The notes under the pieces: model-generated | Told to the model about the DNA's origin: nothing | Databases searched by the model: none | Seen by the model: the letters and a program-made list of their open reading frames with translations, nothing else | Made by a program: the position numbers and the translations under genes | Origin: an uncultured Parabacteroides sp. | GTDB lineage: Bacteria; Bacteroidota; Bacteroidia; Bacteroidales; Tannerellaceae | Assembly (NCBI GenBank): GCA_947074335.1 | Contig: CAMTPG010000001.1 | Span: forward strand, 1 to 32,395 | Direction: 5' to 3' | Length of the DNA: 32,395 bases | Part shown: positions 1-8,796 of the stretch, piece by piece | Layout: every line of letters begins with the position of its first letter | Position numbering within the stretch: position 1 is the stretch's first letter

Positions 1-51
1 AGCATCTGCCTTACAAGCAGAGGGTCGGCGGTTCGAATCCGTCAACGCCCA
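1..51 (+). tRNA. tRNA-Val(TAC), 5' end truncated by window edge
   Basis: Anticodon arm tctgc-cttacaa-gcaga (anticodon TAC), T-arm ggcgg-TTCGAAT-ccgtc, acceptor 3' strand aacgccc plus discriminator A; CCA not encoded. Confidence 0.95.
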
Positions 52-60
52 CTTTATTTT

Positions 61-93
61 AAGACTGTCCGATATCTTCGGATGGTCTTTTTT
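61..93 (+). terminator. Intrinsic terminator after tRNA-Val
   Basis: aagactgtccga / tcggatggtctt stem (with G-U pairs) followed by a T run. Confidence 0.8.
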
Positions 94-223
94 GTTTTTA
101 TATCACCCTGATAAAAATTCCTTCTCCGGACAGAATCAACTCCGATTCATTTTTATTCTTTCGCTAACCCGGATGAAATTTTCCGGTACACTTATTTTAT
201 CGGCATCGGATTTCATTTTTAAT

Positions 224-296
224 AGTTGAAATCCCCTTGCAAGGGGATTAAAATCCCTTTGTAAAGCAGTTGAAATCCCTTTGCAAGGGAATTTCA
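224..296. repeat. Three tandem 22-bp palindromic repeat units
   Basis: agttgaaatccccttgcaaggg (224-245), gattaaaatccctttgtaaagc (246-267), agttgaaatccctttgcaaggg (268-289); perfect 18-bp palindrome atccccttgcaaggggat at 231-248. Confidence 0.85.
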
Positions 297-361
297 GTTA
301 TTTTTCAGTCCATTTTATCAGGTAGTTATGCCGGTTTTCCATAACGATCGGAGTAAAAAAG

Positions 362-398
362 AAAAAAACCGTTATAATCTGCTGATTATAACGGTTTT
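362..398 (-). terminator. Intrinsic terminator for tRNA-Arg (possibly bidirectional)
   Basis: Perfect 15-bp stem aaaaccgttataatc (365-379) / gattataacggtttt (384-398); the A tract on + reads as a U tract on -. Confidence 0.8.
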
Positions 399-405
399 AT
401 ATTTG

Positions 406-478
406 TGATCCGGGTGGGATTCAAACCCACGACCTTCAGAACCGGAATCTGACGCTCTATTCACTAAGCTACCGAACC
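406..478 (-). tRNA. tRNA-Arg(CCG)
   Basis: Reverse complement GGTTCGGTAGCTTAGTGAATAGAGCGTCAGATTCCGGTTCTGAAGGTCGTGGGTTTGAATCCCACCCGGATCA folds as a cloverleaf with anticodon CCG. Confidence 0.93.
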
Positions 479-492
479 TCTTTTAACGGTTG

Positions 493-524
493 CAAAAGTA
501 TGCAATCCATGGCAGTAAAACAAA
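493..524 (-). promoter_or_regulatory. Bacteroidetes sigma70 promoter for tRNA-Arg
   Basis: -7 TACTTTTG (493-500, reverse strand) and -33 TTTG (521-524, reverse strand) with a 20-bp spacer. Confidence 0.75.
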
Positions 525-608
525 TATTTCTTAAAAAATAGCATATACAGATTAAAAAGAAATCAGCCGCAGAACCGGCAGCATGAGGCAAATGTCTGCC
601 GGATTCTT

Positions 609-616
609 TATCTTTG
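609..616 (+). promoter_or_regulatory. -7 promoter element for ung
   Basis: TATCTTTG matches TAnnTTTG, ending about 55 bp upstream of the ATG. Confidence 0.6.
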
Positions 617-670
617 TCCGAAATAAACAGATTAACAACATTCGGTTATCCGAAATTTATAGCATAATCC

Positions 671-1333
671 ATGGAGGTAAAAATAGAAGAAAGCTGGAAA
701 AAAGTACTTGCCGGTGAATTTGAAAAACCCTATTTCGAAGAGCTTACCCGGTTTGTCAGAAATGAATACAGAAACCAGACGGTCTATCCTGCGGGAGGCG
801 ATATCTTCAATGCCTTTGCCCATTGTCCGTTCGACCGGGTTAAAGTGGTTATTTTAGGACAGGACCCCTATCACGAACCGGGCCAGGCTCACGGTCTGTG
901 CTTCTCGGTGCAGGATGGCGTTCAGATTCCGCCTTCGCTGGTCAATATCTATAAAGAGATTGAAAATGATCTCGGACAGAAACCACCGACCACCGGTAAT
1001 TTAATGCGCTGGGCCGATCAGGGTGTTCTTTTACTAAATGCCACACTTACGGTGCAGGCACACCGGGCCGGATCGCATCAGAATAAAGGATGGGAGACAT
1101 TTACCGATGCTGTTATTCATAAACTGAATGAGAAGCGGGAACATGTAGTTTATCTGTTGTGGGGATCATACGCGCAGCGCAAAGGTGCATTTATTGATTC
1201 GGAAAAGAACCTGATATTAAAATCGCCTCACCCCTCGCCGCTTTCTGCCTATCGCGGATTTTTCGGCAACCGGCATTTCAGCAAAACCAATGCTTATCTG
1301 GAAGAAACAAAACAAACGCCCGTTCAATGGTAA
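671..1333 (+). CDS. ung: Uracil-DNA glycosylase (family 1)
   Basis: GQDPYH, PPSL, VLLLN and HPSPLS motifs. Confidence 0.98.
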   Translation: MEVKIEESWKKVLAGEFEKPYFEELTRFVRNEYRNQTVYPAGGDIFNAFAHCPFDRVKVVILGQDPYHEPGQAHGLCFSVQDGVQIPPSLVNIYKEIENDLGQKPPTTGNLMRWADQGVLLLNATLTVQAHRAGSHQNKGWETFTDAVIHKLNEKREHVVYLLWGSYAQRKGAFIDSEKNLILKSPHPSPLSAYRGFFGNRHFSKTNAYLEETKQTPVQW

Positions 1334-1356
1334 TACTGAACGGGCGTTTTATTTTT
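1314..1356. terminator. Terminator between convergent ung and lptD-like genes
   Basis: 13-bp stem aaacgcccgttca (1314-1326) / tgaacgggcgttt (1337-1349) with the ung stop codon in the loop; A-rich before and T-rich after. Confidence 0.7.
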
Positions 1357-1377
1357 ATCTGAAATGCGGCCGGCCGG

Positions 1378-4125
1378 TTAATACCAGGTCTGACCGTCAC
1401 GATAGTTACTACTTTTCCTCCATTTCAAGTCCTTGAGCAGCGACGAAGTTACCGCCACATTGAAAGTATACGATTTGTAAGGTCCCACGGGTACAAAACT
1501 GGCAGTCATCTGCCAACAGTGCAGATCGCGGGTAATATTACAGGTCATATACGAAATCTTCTTCGCATCACAATCATAGGTCGCATTAAAATTAAAACGC
1601 CAATTCTTGGTAGGCTGAATATTTCCGTTGAAATTGAGCGAATGGGTTAAACGATAATCATATTCCATTTTATTGGGATTAAAATCACCATATCCTAAAG
1701 TCAGACCATAATTAAAAGTAAGACTCCACGGAATGTTGTTTATCATATACCCGTCATCATCATAATCACCCGAACTTTTTTTAGCCCCGCGTATTCGGCC
1801 TCCCTGCTTTTCGGGAGCCTCTTCAGGTCCGTTTGTGCCGTCGGAGAGCTGTTCGAACACCGGTTCGTACGGCGAATTCGGATCATTTGCCAAAGGCCCG
1901 TCATCTCCGCCTCCGCCACCCAGACCAAACCAGTTTTTAAACATATCGTTGGTGAAGGTATAGGAGAAACTGGTTCCGGTAGACCGCAGACGACCTAATC
2001 CCTTACGGGCTTTCCAGCGGGGCACATCCACACGGTAAGGACGTCCTGTCACTTCATTGTATCCGTAAGTATAGGTATCAAATACCCCGTTCAGATTCAA
2101 TGTATAGTTCTTTGAAAGTTTCAGACGCAAACCTACATTCAGATCACTCCATTTAAATGAGTCGGCTGCCATATTGTAAGTCATCCCGAGTGAAAGCTTA
2201 TCAATCAGACTGATCTTTTTCACGCCGGTTGAATCTTTATCGGACTTCACCTTCATTTCAATATTATTATCCAGCTGAAAACTGACACTTCCGTTTTTAC
2301 CGGAAGGAACCGAACCGAATAAACCACTTTCGAAAGGTGAATAATAGACATCCTGCATGATACCGTATTGATCTTCGTACTGGAAGCTTTTCCAGAAACC
2401 AAAACTTGATTTTCCGAAATCGGGCGAATAACTCAGCGTTACCGAAGGTTCCATACGATGCCGGATCATTTCAATCTTATCGCCAAACATTGAAAAGGGT
2501 TTGTAAAAACCATAGAGTGTGGTAGAAGCCGAAACCGATGTATTGAAATTATACAATCGGTAGAAACCATAGGTGGTATCGCGGTTCACTACTGTCTTAT
2601 TCTGGAAATCATATCCTTTTTCAATCTTATTGGTATACCATTTCTCCGTATAATTAAAAGAGGGAGAAATGTTGAAATACTTAAAGATATTAAATGTGGC
2701 ACTGATCGGGATCTGATGCTGGAAAGCATTCTGCCAGTCTTTGATCAGATTCGATTTAAACAGATGTCCCTCTTTAGCTACGATACTATTTCTGAAATAA
2801 CCGTTATAACTCATCGAAATCTTTTCGTACCAGCGCTCTTTAGTCAGGGCGTTTTTACGTTTGAAAGGATAGATACGACTCATATTCACGGTTAAATCGG
2901 GAAGAGTAACCGCAATGGTGGAGTCTCGCGTACGCTGATTAATCGTCATCGTTGCAGAAAGACTGAACGGACTATTGGGAAAGCGTTGTGTAAAGTTTAT
3001 ACTCGATCCTTTTGTATTTTGAACACGGTCACTGTTATAGTAACTGTTTATATCATTTACATCGTAACTGCTGGTGGCAAAATTCACACTGGCAGAGAAC
3101 GACTGATAGGGATTAGCCTTCGGATCCTGCGTGTGTGTCCATACAATTTTAAAGTCTTTTGAAACACTGTGATCCGGCAAGCCTTTATCGCCCAGTTTGG
3201 TTACCAGATAAGAGGCATTGAAATTACCGTTAAACATATATCGTTTGCGGTAAGACGACCGGGCAGCCAGTCCCCACGATCCTTTTGTATAAATTTCGCC
3301 CGTGGCAGCCAGGTCCATATAATCGCTAAGAGCAAAATAATAACCACCGTCGCGTAAATAAAATCCACGCACACTTTCATCACCGAATGTGGGCATGATA
3401 ATACCCGACGAATAGCTACTTGAAAAGGGGAAGAAACAAAAAGGCAGACCAATGGGATAAAGCGGCACATCCTCGAAAACCATATAGACCGGTCCGGTTA
3501 CAATATTTTTGCCCGGACGTACCTTGGCTTTCGTCATATGGATATAAAAGTGCGGATGATCATGCTCATCACAGGTGGTATATCGCCCGCCGGCCATATT
3601 CATTACATCATCATCCATTTTTTTGGTCTGACCGGCTGTAACATACCCTTCACCCTGCTGGGTAATCACATCTGTAATGTATCCTTTCTTGGTGCCAAAA
3701 TTATATCGCATGGTTTTCGATTCATATTCTTCGGCTCCATCCTTGAACAACGGATAACCAAACTCATCACCAATCGAATCGAGGCCGAACTTGGCAAAAA
3801 CAATGCTGCTGTCCATATTCATTTCGATGATTTCGGATTGAAGTTCAATCTGTTGATACTTCACATCACTTTCACCAAACAGGTAGGCCCAGTTACCCTG
3901 GGTAAGAATCATGGAGTCTTTTGCCTGATAAGTAACGGGAGCATCGAGTCCGGCCGGACGCTTGGGAACCGTATCGAGTGCCAGTATGCTGCTGTCCTGA
4001 CTAACAGGCACAATCGTATCACCTACAACAAGCAATGTTGTATCCGTAGGAGTTATGTCTTGTGCTTGAGCCAACCCGTTCACTGCGAAAAGAATCAGGA
4101 GGATAATCAGGCATTTGTATTTCAT
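1378..4125 (-). CDS. Putative LPS-assembly protein LptD-like outer-membrane protein (Bacteroidetes type); start probably 4125 (MKYK), ORF extends to 4152
   Basis: Signal peptide, N-terminal OstA-like region ending in YTTC, GFYLRDGGYY motif, long amphipathic beta-strand C-terminus with RDLHCW. Confidence 0.8.
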   Translation of the reverse strand: MKYKCLIILLILFAVNGLAQAQDITPTDTTLLVVGDTIVPVSQDSSILALDTVPKRPAGLDAPVTYQAKDSMILTQGNWAYLFGESDVKYQQIELQSEIIEMNMDSSIVFAKFGLDSIGDEFGYPLFKDGAEEYESKTMRYNFGTKKGYITDVITQQGEGYVTAGQTKKMDDDVMNMAGGRYTTCDEHDHPHFYIHMTKAKVRPGKNIVTGPVYMVFEDVPLYPIGLPFCFFPFSSSYSSGIIMPTFGDESVRGFYLRDGGYYFALSDYMDLAATGEIYTKGSWGLAARSSYRKRYMFNGNFNASYLVTKLGDKGLPDHSVSKDFKIVWTHTQDPKANPYQSFSASVNFATSSYDVNDINSYYNSDRVQNTKGSSINFTQRFPNSPFSLSATMTINQRTRDSTIAVTLPDLTVNMSRIYPFKRKNALTKERWYEKISMSYNGYFRNSIVAKEGHLFKSNLIKDWQNAFQHQIPISATFNIFKYFNISPSFNYTEKWYTNKIEKGYDFQNKTVVNRDTTYGFYRLYNFNTSVSASTTLYGFYKPFSMFGDKIEMIRHRMEPSVTLSYSPDFGKSSFGFWKSFQYEDQYGIMQDVYYSPFESGLFGSVPSGKNGSVSFQLDNNIEMKVKSDKDSTGVKKISLIDKLSLGMTYNMAADSFKWSDLNVGLRLKLSKNYTLNLNGVFDTYTYGYNEVTGRPYRVDVPRWKARKGLGRLRSTGTSFSYTFTNDMFKNWFGLGGGGGDDGPLANDPNSPYEPVFEQLSDGTNGPEEAPEKQGGRIRGAKKSSGDYDDDGYMINNIPWSLTFNYGLTLGYGDFNPNKMEYDYRLTHSLNFNGNIQPTKNWRFNFNATYDCDAKKISYMTCNITRDLHCWQMTASFVPVGPYKSYTFNVAVTSSLLKDLKWRKSSNYRDGQTWY

Positions 4126-4222
4126 ATTCAGTTGAGAATTGATCATATACAATTAACAAGAGAATAATATATACCACCGGCACAGAAAACGTCTTTCATG
4201 TTAATTGCAGAGTTACAAGGCA

Positions 4223-4230
4223 CAAAGATA
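4223..4230 (-). promoter_or_regulatory. -7 element for lptD-like gene
   Basis: caaagata reads TATCTTTG on the minus strand. Confidence 0.55.
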
Positions 4231-4256
4231 CAACATTTCAACATGACCATACTGTT

Positions 4257-4799
4257 TTATTTCCCTAAAAAGAGTTTACACCAGTTATCAAACCGCTCAA
4301 CCGTTTCATTTCCATGCTTCTGCAGTCCGGCGCGTACCTTTTCGACGGATTTTTCTTTTCCCGGTTTTGTCTTGCTGAAAAACTTATCTGCAAAACAAAT
4401 CAGCTGTTCTTCCAGCGTCTCGGGAACATAATCACCGGGAGGTAAAGGCAATTGTTCCGTTTCAATCATCTCACGGGTAATGCCTGTCCCGGTGTGCCGC
4501 TCACAAACACGTGCATGTTTCGGATAACCGGCTTTACGTAACAATTCGGCTCCCTGATAACCGTGACAGATATACGGCGAATCGCCGTGACAATCAATGG
4601 ATGGTGCATTACAGCAAAATACACCCAGATCATGCAAGAGTGCCGCTTCTTCTATAAATTGAAGGTCAAGATTCATTTCGGGATGCTGTTTTGCAAGCTC
4701 CAGCGCCTTATCGGCCACACTGCGACTATGATTTACCAGAATATGATAAGCCTCACTATCGGGCGAATAATATTCGGAAATTATCTGTAATGGATCCAT
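4257..4799 (-). CDS. HD (HDIG-type) metal-dependent phosphohydrolase
   Basis: H...LLHDLG...HG...RHTG...FADKFFSK motif spacing. Confidence 0.9.
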   Translation of the reverse strand: MDPLQIISEYYSPDSEAYHILVNHSRSVADKALELAKQHPEMNLDLQFIEEAALLHDLGVFCCNAPSIDCHGDSPYICHGYQGAELLRKAGYPKHARVCERHTGTGITREMIETEQLPLPPGDYVPETLEEQLICFADKFFSKTKPGKEKSVEKVRAGLQKHGNETVERFDNWCKLFLGK

Positions 4800-4986
4800 A
4801 TTTGTGTGTTAAAAGACTGACAAAGATAATGAATAAAGCTTAACCTGCAAAGATAACAGACAATGAGCATACAAAACAACCTGCATCACCCTGCAAAAAA
4901 TAAGGTAGTTAAAAAGCGCACTAAAATTAGGCCGAGAAAAAAGTTTACTTATTTTTGTGAAACGGAAAAATCAATTTTAATTTTTT

Positions 4987-6186
4987 ATGAGTAAACGATT
5001 CATTAATGTCTGCCTGACGCTTTGTTTCATTTTTGCCTCTGCATTATCTGCAACTACACAAACAAAAGATCCGCTGGTGCTGGGTGCCGAACGAATGGAT
5101 GAGATTGTACGTCTCTTAAACGGAAAACGCGTAGGTTTAATTGTAAACCAGACATCGATTCTTGAACATCAGGATCAACAACATGTACTGGATGCATTAC
5201 TGGATAATGGCATTGAGGTTGTTAAAGTATTTGCTCCCGAACACGGCTTCCGGGGTACAGCCGATGCCGGTGCCACGGTAAAAGACAGTCGTGATCAAAA
5301 AACAGGCATTCCCATTATCTCATTATATGGAAAAAACAAAAAGCCCACAGCCGAACAGCTGGCAGATCTGGATGTGGTGGTTTTCGATATTCAGGATGTG
5401 GGTGCCCGCTTTTATACCTACATCAGCACCATGCAATATGCCATGGAGGCCTGTGCTGCCAATAAAAAACCTTTCGTGGTATTGGACCGTCCCAATCCGA
5501 ACGATTTTGTAGATGGCCCGGTACGTCAAAAAGGATTCGAATCGTTTGTAGGTGTTGCTCCTATTCCGGTTTTGCACGGACTCACTGTTGGCGAACTGGC
5601 ACAAATGATCAATGGCGAAGGATGGCTCAATGCGAATCCGGACACCTGCGAGCTTACGGTAATTACGTTGGAAAACTGGAACCACGGTGACCCCTACTGG
5701 CTGCCTGTTAAACCTTCTCCCAATTTACCAAATGATCAATCAATACGCCTGTATCCTTCACTTTGTTTTTTTGAAGGCACAAATATCAGTGTGGGGCGCG
5801 GCACCTATTCGCCTTTTCAAATCCTGGGGGCACCCGATTCGCGCTATGGTAATTTCACATTTACACCGGTTTCGTTACCGGGCTTTGATACCAAGCCGCT
5901 CCATATGGATAAAGTATGTTATGGTGTAGATTTACGCGAACTGCCCTTCGAAGGCGGATTAACCTTGAAATTTCTGATGGATTTTTATGAGAAAGCAGGA
6001 AAGGATCAGGCCTTTTTCTTTTCTCGGGCTAACTGGTTTGATTTACTGGCAGGCACAAAAGAGCTGCGATATCAGATGGTAAGGGGCATGAGTGAAAAAG
6101 AAATTCGCGATAGCTGGAAGCCTGACTTGGATAAGTATAAAAAGATGAGAAAAAAATATTTATTATATCCCGATTATAAGGATTGA
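4987..6186 (+). CDS. namZ: Exo-beta-N-acetylmuramidase NamZ family (DUF1343, GH171)
   Basis: Signal peptide; NQTS, FAPEHGFRG, SLYG, FDIQDVGARFYTY, LDRPNP, PSPNL, SVGRGT motifs; upstream TATTTTTG at 4950-4957. Confidence 0.92.
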   Translation: MSKRFINVCLTLCFIFASALSATTQTKDPLVLGAERMDEIVRLLNGKRVGLIVNQTSILEHQDQQHVLDALLDNGIEVVKVFAPEHGFRGTADAGATVKDSRDQKTGIPIISLYGKNKKPTAEQLADLDVVVFDIQDVGARFYTYISTMQYAMEACAANKKPFVVLDRPNPNDFVDGPVRQKGFESFVGVAPIPVLHGLTVGELAQMINGEGWLNANPDTCELTVITLENWNHGDPYWLPVKPSPNLPNDQSIRLYPSLCFFEGTNISVGRGTYSPFQILGAPDSRYGNFTFTPVSLPGFDTKPLHMDKVCYGVDLRELPFEGGLTLKFLMDFYEKAGKDQAFFFSRANWFDLLAGTKELRYQMVRGMSEKEIRDSWKPDLDKYKKMRKKYLLYPDYKD

Positions 6187-6189
6187 TAC

Positions 6190-6225
6190 AAAAAAACATT
6201 AACCGGTTTCGGTTAATGTTTTTTT
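6190..6225. terminator. Bidirectional intrinsic terminator
   Basis: aaaaaaacattaaccg-gttt-cggttaatgttttttt between convergent genes. Confidence 0.9.
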
Positions 6226-6265
6226 ATGCGTTTAAATCCGTCAGGTTTATATTAAACAGCTTTGT

Positions 6266-6706
6266 TTATTGTTTCTGCAGCACAAAAAGTTTTGTATTGT
6301 TTGCACTAAAAAAAACAATCCGGTCAACAGTCCCCTCTTCCGGCGCAAAGCGAACGGCCTGCTTTAAAGCCTCCAGTAAAGCCTGCTCCTCCTCCATATC
6401 GGGACAAGCCATGCGGGTTGTAGAAATATCCAGAAAACGGATGATGGATTTTCGTTCGGGATTGTATTCAACCTTTCCCATCATCCGGTTGCATCCGGCA
6501 TTTCCGGAAATGGTATGCCGCGGGATATCCAATTCGACAAAAGGTTGCGAACGGGTATTATTTAACTTTTTTGAATTGAGTTCCGTTACAGACCATTTGC
6601 CATTTAAATCATCAAATGATACCGTCAGCTCTTTTTGTGTTTTACAGGAGACCAGTAAACCGGCAATCAGAATAAAACTGAAACAGATTAGTTTTTGTAA
6701 CTTCAT
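6266..6706 (-). CDS. META/HslJ-domain lipoprotein
   Basis: Lipobox LVSC; L.GKW, GNAGCN, STTRMAC motifs. Confidence 0.88.
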   Translation of the reverse strand: MKLQKLICFSFILIAGLLVSCKTQKELTVSFDDLNGKWSVTELNSKKLNNTRSQPFVELDIPRHTISGNAGCNRMMGKVEYNPERKSIIRFLDISTTRMACPDMEEEQALLEALKQAVRFAPEEGTVDRIVFFSANNTKLFVLQKQ

Positions 6707-6716
6707 AATTTATAAA

Positions 6717-7193
6717 TCAGGGTTGAACTAAAATCAAAACAGGATTTCCGTTTTCATCAATCAGCCATACTTCATTATCAGCATTTCCGTTTTTAACACC
6801 TTTTACCTGTGGAATAGCCTGCAAAATCTGTTGTTCAATATCCATACCCGGACAAGCCATCATGGTTACCTGACCTGGCTCGATCGACAAAAATGCAGCA
6901 TCTTCATCAGAAAGCAGAATGGAAGCATTCATTATATTGCAGCCCACATTGGCATGCAACCGTTTATCATTTACATTAAAATCCATAAATGGCATCTCTT
7001 CGAGCGCTATTTCCTGATTGCCCACTTTTACAATATTCCATTTCCCCTGCAAATCGGTTGCATTTTTCGAAACTGCAGCAACCGGCACTTCCGTTTTAAC
7101 CGATTCAGTCTCTTTTTTTTGTACGCCCGAACAGGAACTGCAAGCAAAAATAAACATCGGCAATGCTCCGATTAATAAGATCATCTTTTTCAT
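6717..7193 (-). CDS. META/HslJ-domain lipoprotein
   Basis: Lipobox IFAC; LQGKW, VGCN, TMMAC, EQ motifs. Confidence 0.88.
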   Translation of the reverse strand: MKKMILLIGALPMFIFACSSCSGVQKKETESVKTEVPVAAVSKNATDLQGKWNIVKVGNQEIALEEMPFMDFNVNDKRLHANVGCNIMNASILLSDEDAAFLSIEPGQVTMMACPGMDIEQQILQAIPQVKGVKNGNADNEVWLIDENGNPVLILVQP

Positions 7194-7384
7194 ACGCGGA
7201 TAAAAATTACAAGTATATATATGTTAGATGTAAAGGAAAGAATAAAAGTTGTACGCTTATCGAATATTTATTCTACATTAACATTTAGAAAGTATCATTA
7301 TAATAGTATATATTCCGTTTTAATTCCGTAAGTTTGTGGCTGAAAAACAAATAACGCCCTTAATACGAAAAGCTAACTTATATT

Positions 7385-8647
7385 GTGAATAACAAATTAA
7401 CATATTACATACTTCTATTTTTCATCTTTATCATCTGTCCGGGATGTAATCGGGAAAAACATGATTTAAATGAAGATCTTGATTCGGAATGGGTCGACGA
7501 AGGTCAGCACATTTACCAGTTCGGAATCTGCATAGACTCACTGGATGTCAATGAATATTTGATAAAAAACGGAGATCATCCGGCTGCTATATTTTCAAGA
7601 CTCGGTTTTTCGGCTTCACAGGCTGATCAAATCTCAAAATCAGCTATCCATGTGCTGGATCCGACTAAGTTGCGTGCCGGCATGAATTTTTATACATTTA
7701 CCACACAAGATAGTCTGGCTACTATTCAATATCTTGCTTTTGCCAAATCATTAATTGATTATGCCGTGATTGATTTTACAGCCGACAGTCTGTTGGCTTA
7801 CGAATTCAACAAACCCGTTACAATAAAAAAAGAATATACCGAAGGCATTATTCAATCCTCTTTATGGAATGTAATTAAAGCAAACGGAGCTGATCCTCTT
7901 TTAGCACTTAAACTATCGGATGTTTATGCCTGGCAGATCGATTTTTTCGATATCAAAGAGGGCGACTCTTTCCAGACAGTATATAATGTGGCTTATATTG
8001 ATGACACCACGGCTCTGAATATTACCTCGATAGAAGGCGCTGTCTTTTCGCATCAGGGTAAAGAGTTTGTTGCTATTCCTTTCACACAGGATAGTATTCG
8101 CGAATACTTTGATCTGGAAGGAGCCAGCTTGAGAAAAGCTTTTTTAAAGGCGCCTTTAGACTTTTTCAGAATTACCTCCCGCTTCTCAAATGCCCGCTTC
8201 CATCCGATACTTAAAAAATACAGAGCTCATCACGGCGTGGATTATGCTGCCCCTGTAGGTACGGAAGTAAAAAGTATCGGTGCCGGCACAGTCGTATCCA
8301 AAGGTTACACAAATGGCGGTGGCCATACGCTGAAGGTTAAACATAATTCGGTTTACACAACATCGTATATGCATCTGAGTAAATATGCCAAAGGTATTGA
8401 AACCGGAAAACAAGTACAACAGGGTCAGATAATTGGCTATGTGGGATCGAGCGGACTTTCTACCGGACCACATCTCGATTTCCGTGTTTATAAAAACGGT
8501 CAGCCGATTAATCCGTTAGAAATGGAAGCACCGCCATCCGAACCGGTTAAGCCGGAACTGGCCGATAGTTTTATAATAACCCGACAAGTAATATTGGCCG
8601 AACTGGATAGTTTAAAACAAATACATCCCTTAAAAAAAGAACAATAA
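7385..8647 (+). CDS. M23 family peptidoglycan DD-endopeptidase (MepM/Csd3-like)
   Basis: RFHPILK, HHGVDYAA, YMHLS, STGPHLDF zinc-binding motifs; GTG start; upstream -7 TAAGTTTG at 7329-7336. Confidence 0.92.
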   Translation: MNNKLTYYILLFFIFIICPGCNREKHDLNEDLDSEWVDEGQHIYQFGICIDSLDVNEYLIKNGDHPAAIFSRLGFSASQADQISKSAIHVLDPTKLRAGMNFYTFTTQDSLATIQYLAFAKSLIDYAVIDFTADSLLAYEFNKPVTIKKEYTEGIIQSSLWNVIKANGADPLLALKLSDVYAWQIDFFDIKEGDSFQTVYNVAYIDDTTALNITSIEGAVFSHQGKEFVAIPFTQDSIREYFDLEGASLRKAFLKAPLDFFRITSRFSNARFHPILKKYRAHHGVDYAAPVGTEVKSIGAGTVVSKGYTNGGGHTLKVKHNSVYTTSYMHLSKYAKGIETGKQVQQGQIIGYVGSSGLSTGPHLDFRVYKNGQPINPLEMEAPPSEPVKPELADSFIITRQVILAELDSLKQIHPLKKEQ

Positions 8648-8796
8648 TTTTTTAACATTATTTTTTTAAAAGATTATTGGCCAATATCTCTTTTTATTGA
8701 TATCTTGCACCCGATTTAAAGCTTACTGTAAGTAAGACGTTAAACAAATACTGACTTTTTACTTTTAGTTGAATCTATCTAACCATGAAATAGTGT

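Noticed and set aside
224-296. Possible CRISPR array (palindromic GTTGAAA-containing repeats)
   Set aside because: Units are directly adjacent with no spacers, there are only three copies, and there are no cas genes in the window
1-478. tRNAs as integration sites of a genomic island carrying the PUL
   Set aside because: No integrase, transposase or duplicated tRNA 3' end seen; housekeeping genes follow directly
3538-4167. 209-aa + strand ORF
   Set aside because: Antisense shadow of the LptD-like gene; no recognisable motifs
6183-6731. 182-aa + strand ORF
   Set aside because: Runs through a strong terminator and is antisense to a META gene
7290-7336. AATAGTAT half-site upstream of the M23 gene as a third operator
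   Set aside because: It is 27 bp rather than 31 bp from the -7 box and lacks the AGATAA part; likely chance in AT-rich DNA
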